NCBI GenBank assembly: GCA_029856435.1
Contig: JAHQXB010000073.1
Span: forward strand, 1-36,210
Source: Candidatus Jordarchaeia archaeon
GTDB taxonomy: Archaea > Asgardarchaeota > Jordiarchaeia > Jordiarchaeales > Jordiarchaeaceae
DNA: 36,210 bases
Reading direction: 5' to 3'
A program made the translations under genes and the position numbers. Under the pieces are notes generated by a model, which made no database searches, was not told the origin of the DNA, and saw only the letters and a program-made list of their open reading frames with translations. Below, one piece after another: positions 35,880-36,210 of this stretch. The stretch's first letter is position 1. Each line of letters opens with the position of its first letter.

Positions 35880-36210
35880 ATCTTACCGGCACAGTTAACT
35901 AGACGTTACCTAATGTGTGCAAGTTTGGAAGTATTCCATGTCGCCTTGATGGGAGCCTACTTACAGTTATTCTACCGGTTATGAACCGCCGAAATACGCC
36001 CAAGAAGAAGGGGTGTTTGAGCTAAAAAATGTACAGCGCATAACAGGTGCCACTTGGCAGTAACATCTTAGCGGTGTAGTTAACTGAGTGTCACCTTTTG
36101 GGTGTATGTTTTTGGGCCGTTTCCTGCGTTCCCATATTGAAGCCCATTTTGAGTTACTGAGGGGTAGAAACGCCGAAAAGGGCGTCTCGGGAGTGTGATG
36201 AAAGCTGAAA

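Noticed and set aside
35890-36210. Possible gene remnant or hairpin (ACGCC-GAAAAG-GGCGT) at the right edge
   Set aside because: No ORF of useful length and cut off by the window boundary; not enough evidence.

Overview
Archaeal DNA with no rRNA, tRNA, cas, integrase or transposase recognisable in the window. The gene content points to an Asgard-type archaeon (inference): a Rab-like GTPase, a roadblock/MglA pair, tandem Lrp/AsnC domains and degenerate KaiC-like/V4R proteins. The flanks carry ordinary genes: a Zn-dependent dehydrogenase, two EamA transporters, an MBL-fold hydrolase and two KaiC-like proteins. The centre (about 8.6-33.3 kb) is a ~24 kb block enclosed by two diverged ~310-bp inverted repeats that look like a conserved promoter plus a structured ~200-nt RNA. 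The block has two arms transcribed outward from an AT-rich region at 25.2-26.0 kb. They encode divergent recombination/repair homologues (RadA, RadB-like, Hel308-like with a SWIM finger, FEN1), VirB4/HerA/CedB-like membrane proteins (one split at a T TTT TTC slippery site), two related surface proteins and an MglB-MglA module. The leading hypothesis is an undescribed DNA-transfer-plus-recombination system. Other signals are a very sharp strand-composition switch inside the Rab gene, two copies of a 108-bp MITE each with its own 10-bp target-site duplication, and several short repeats. All family assignments come from motifs read by eye; no database search was run.
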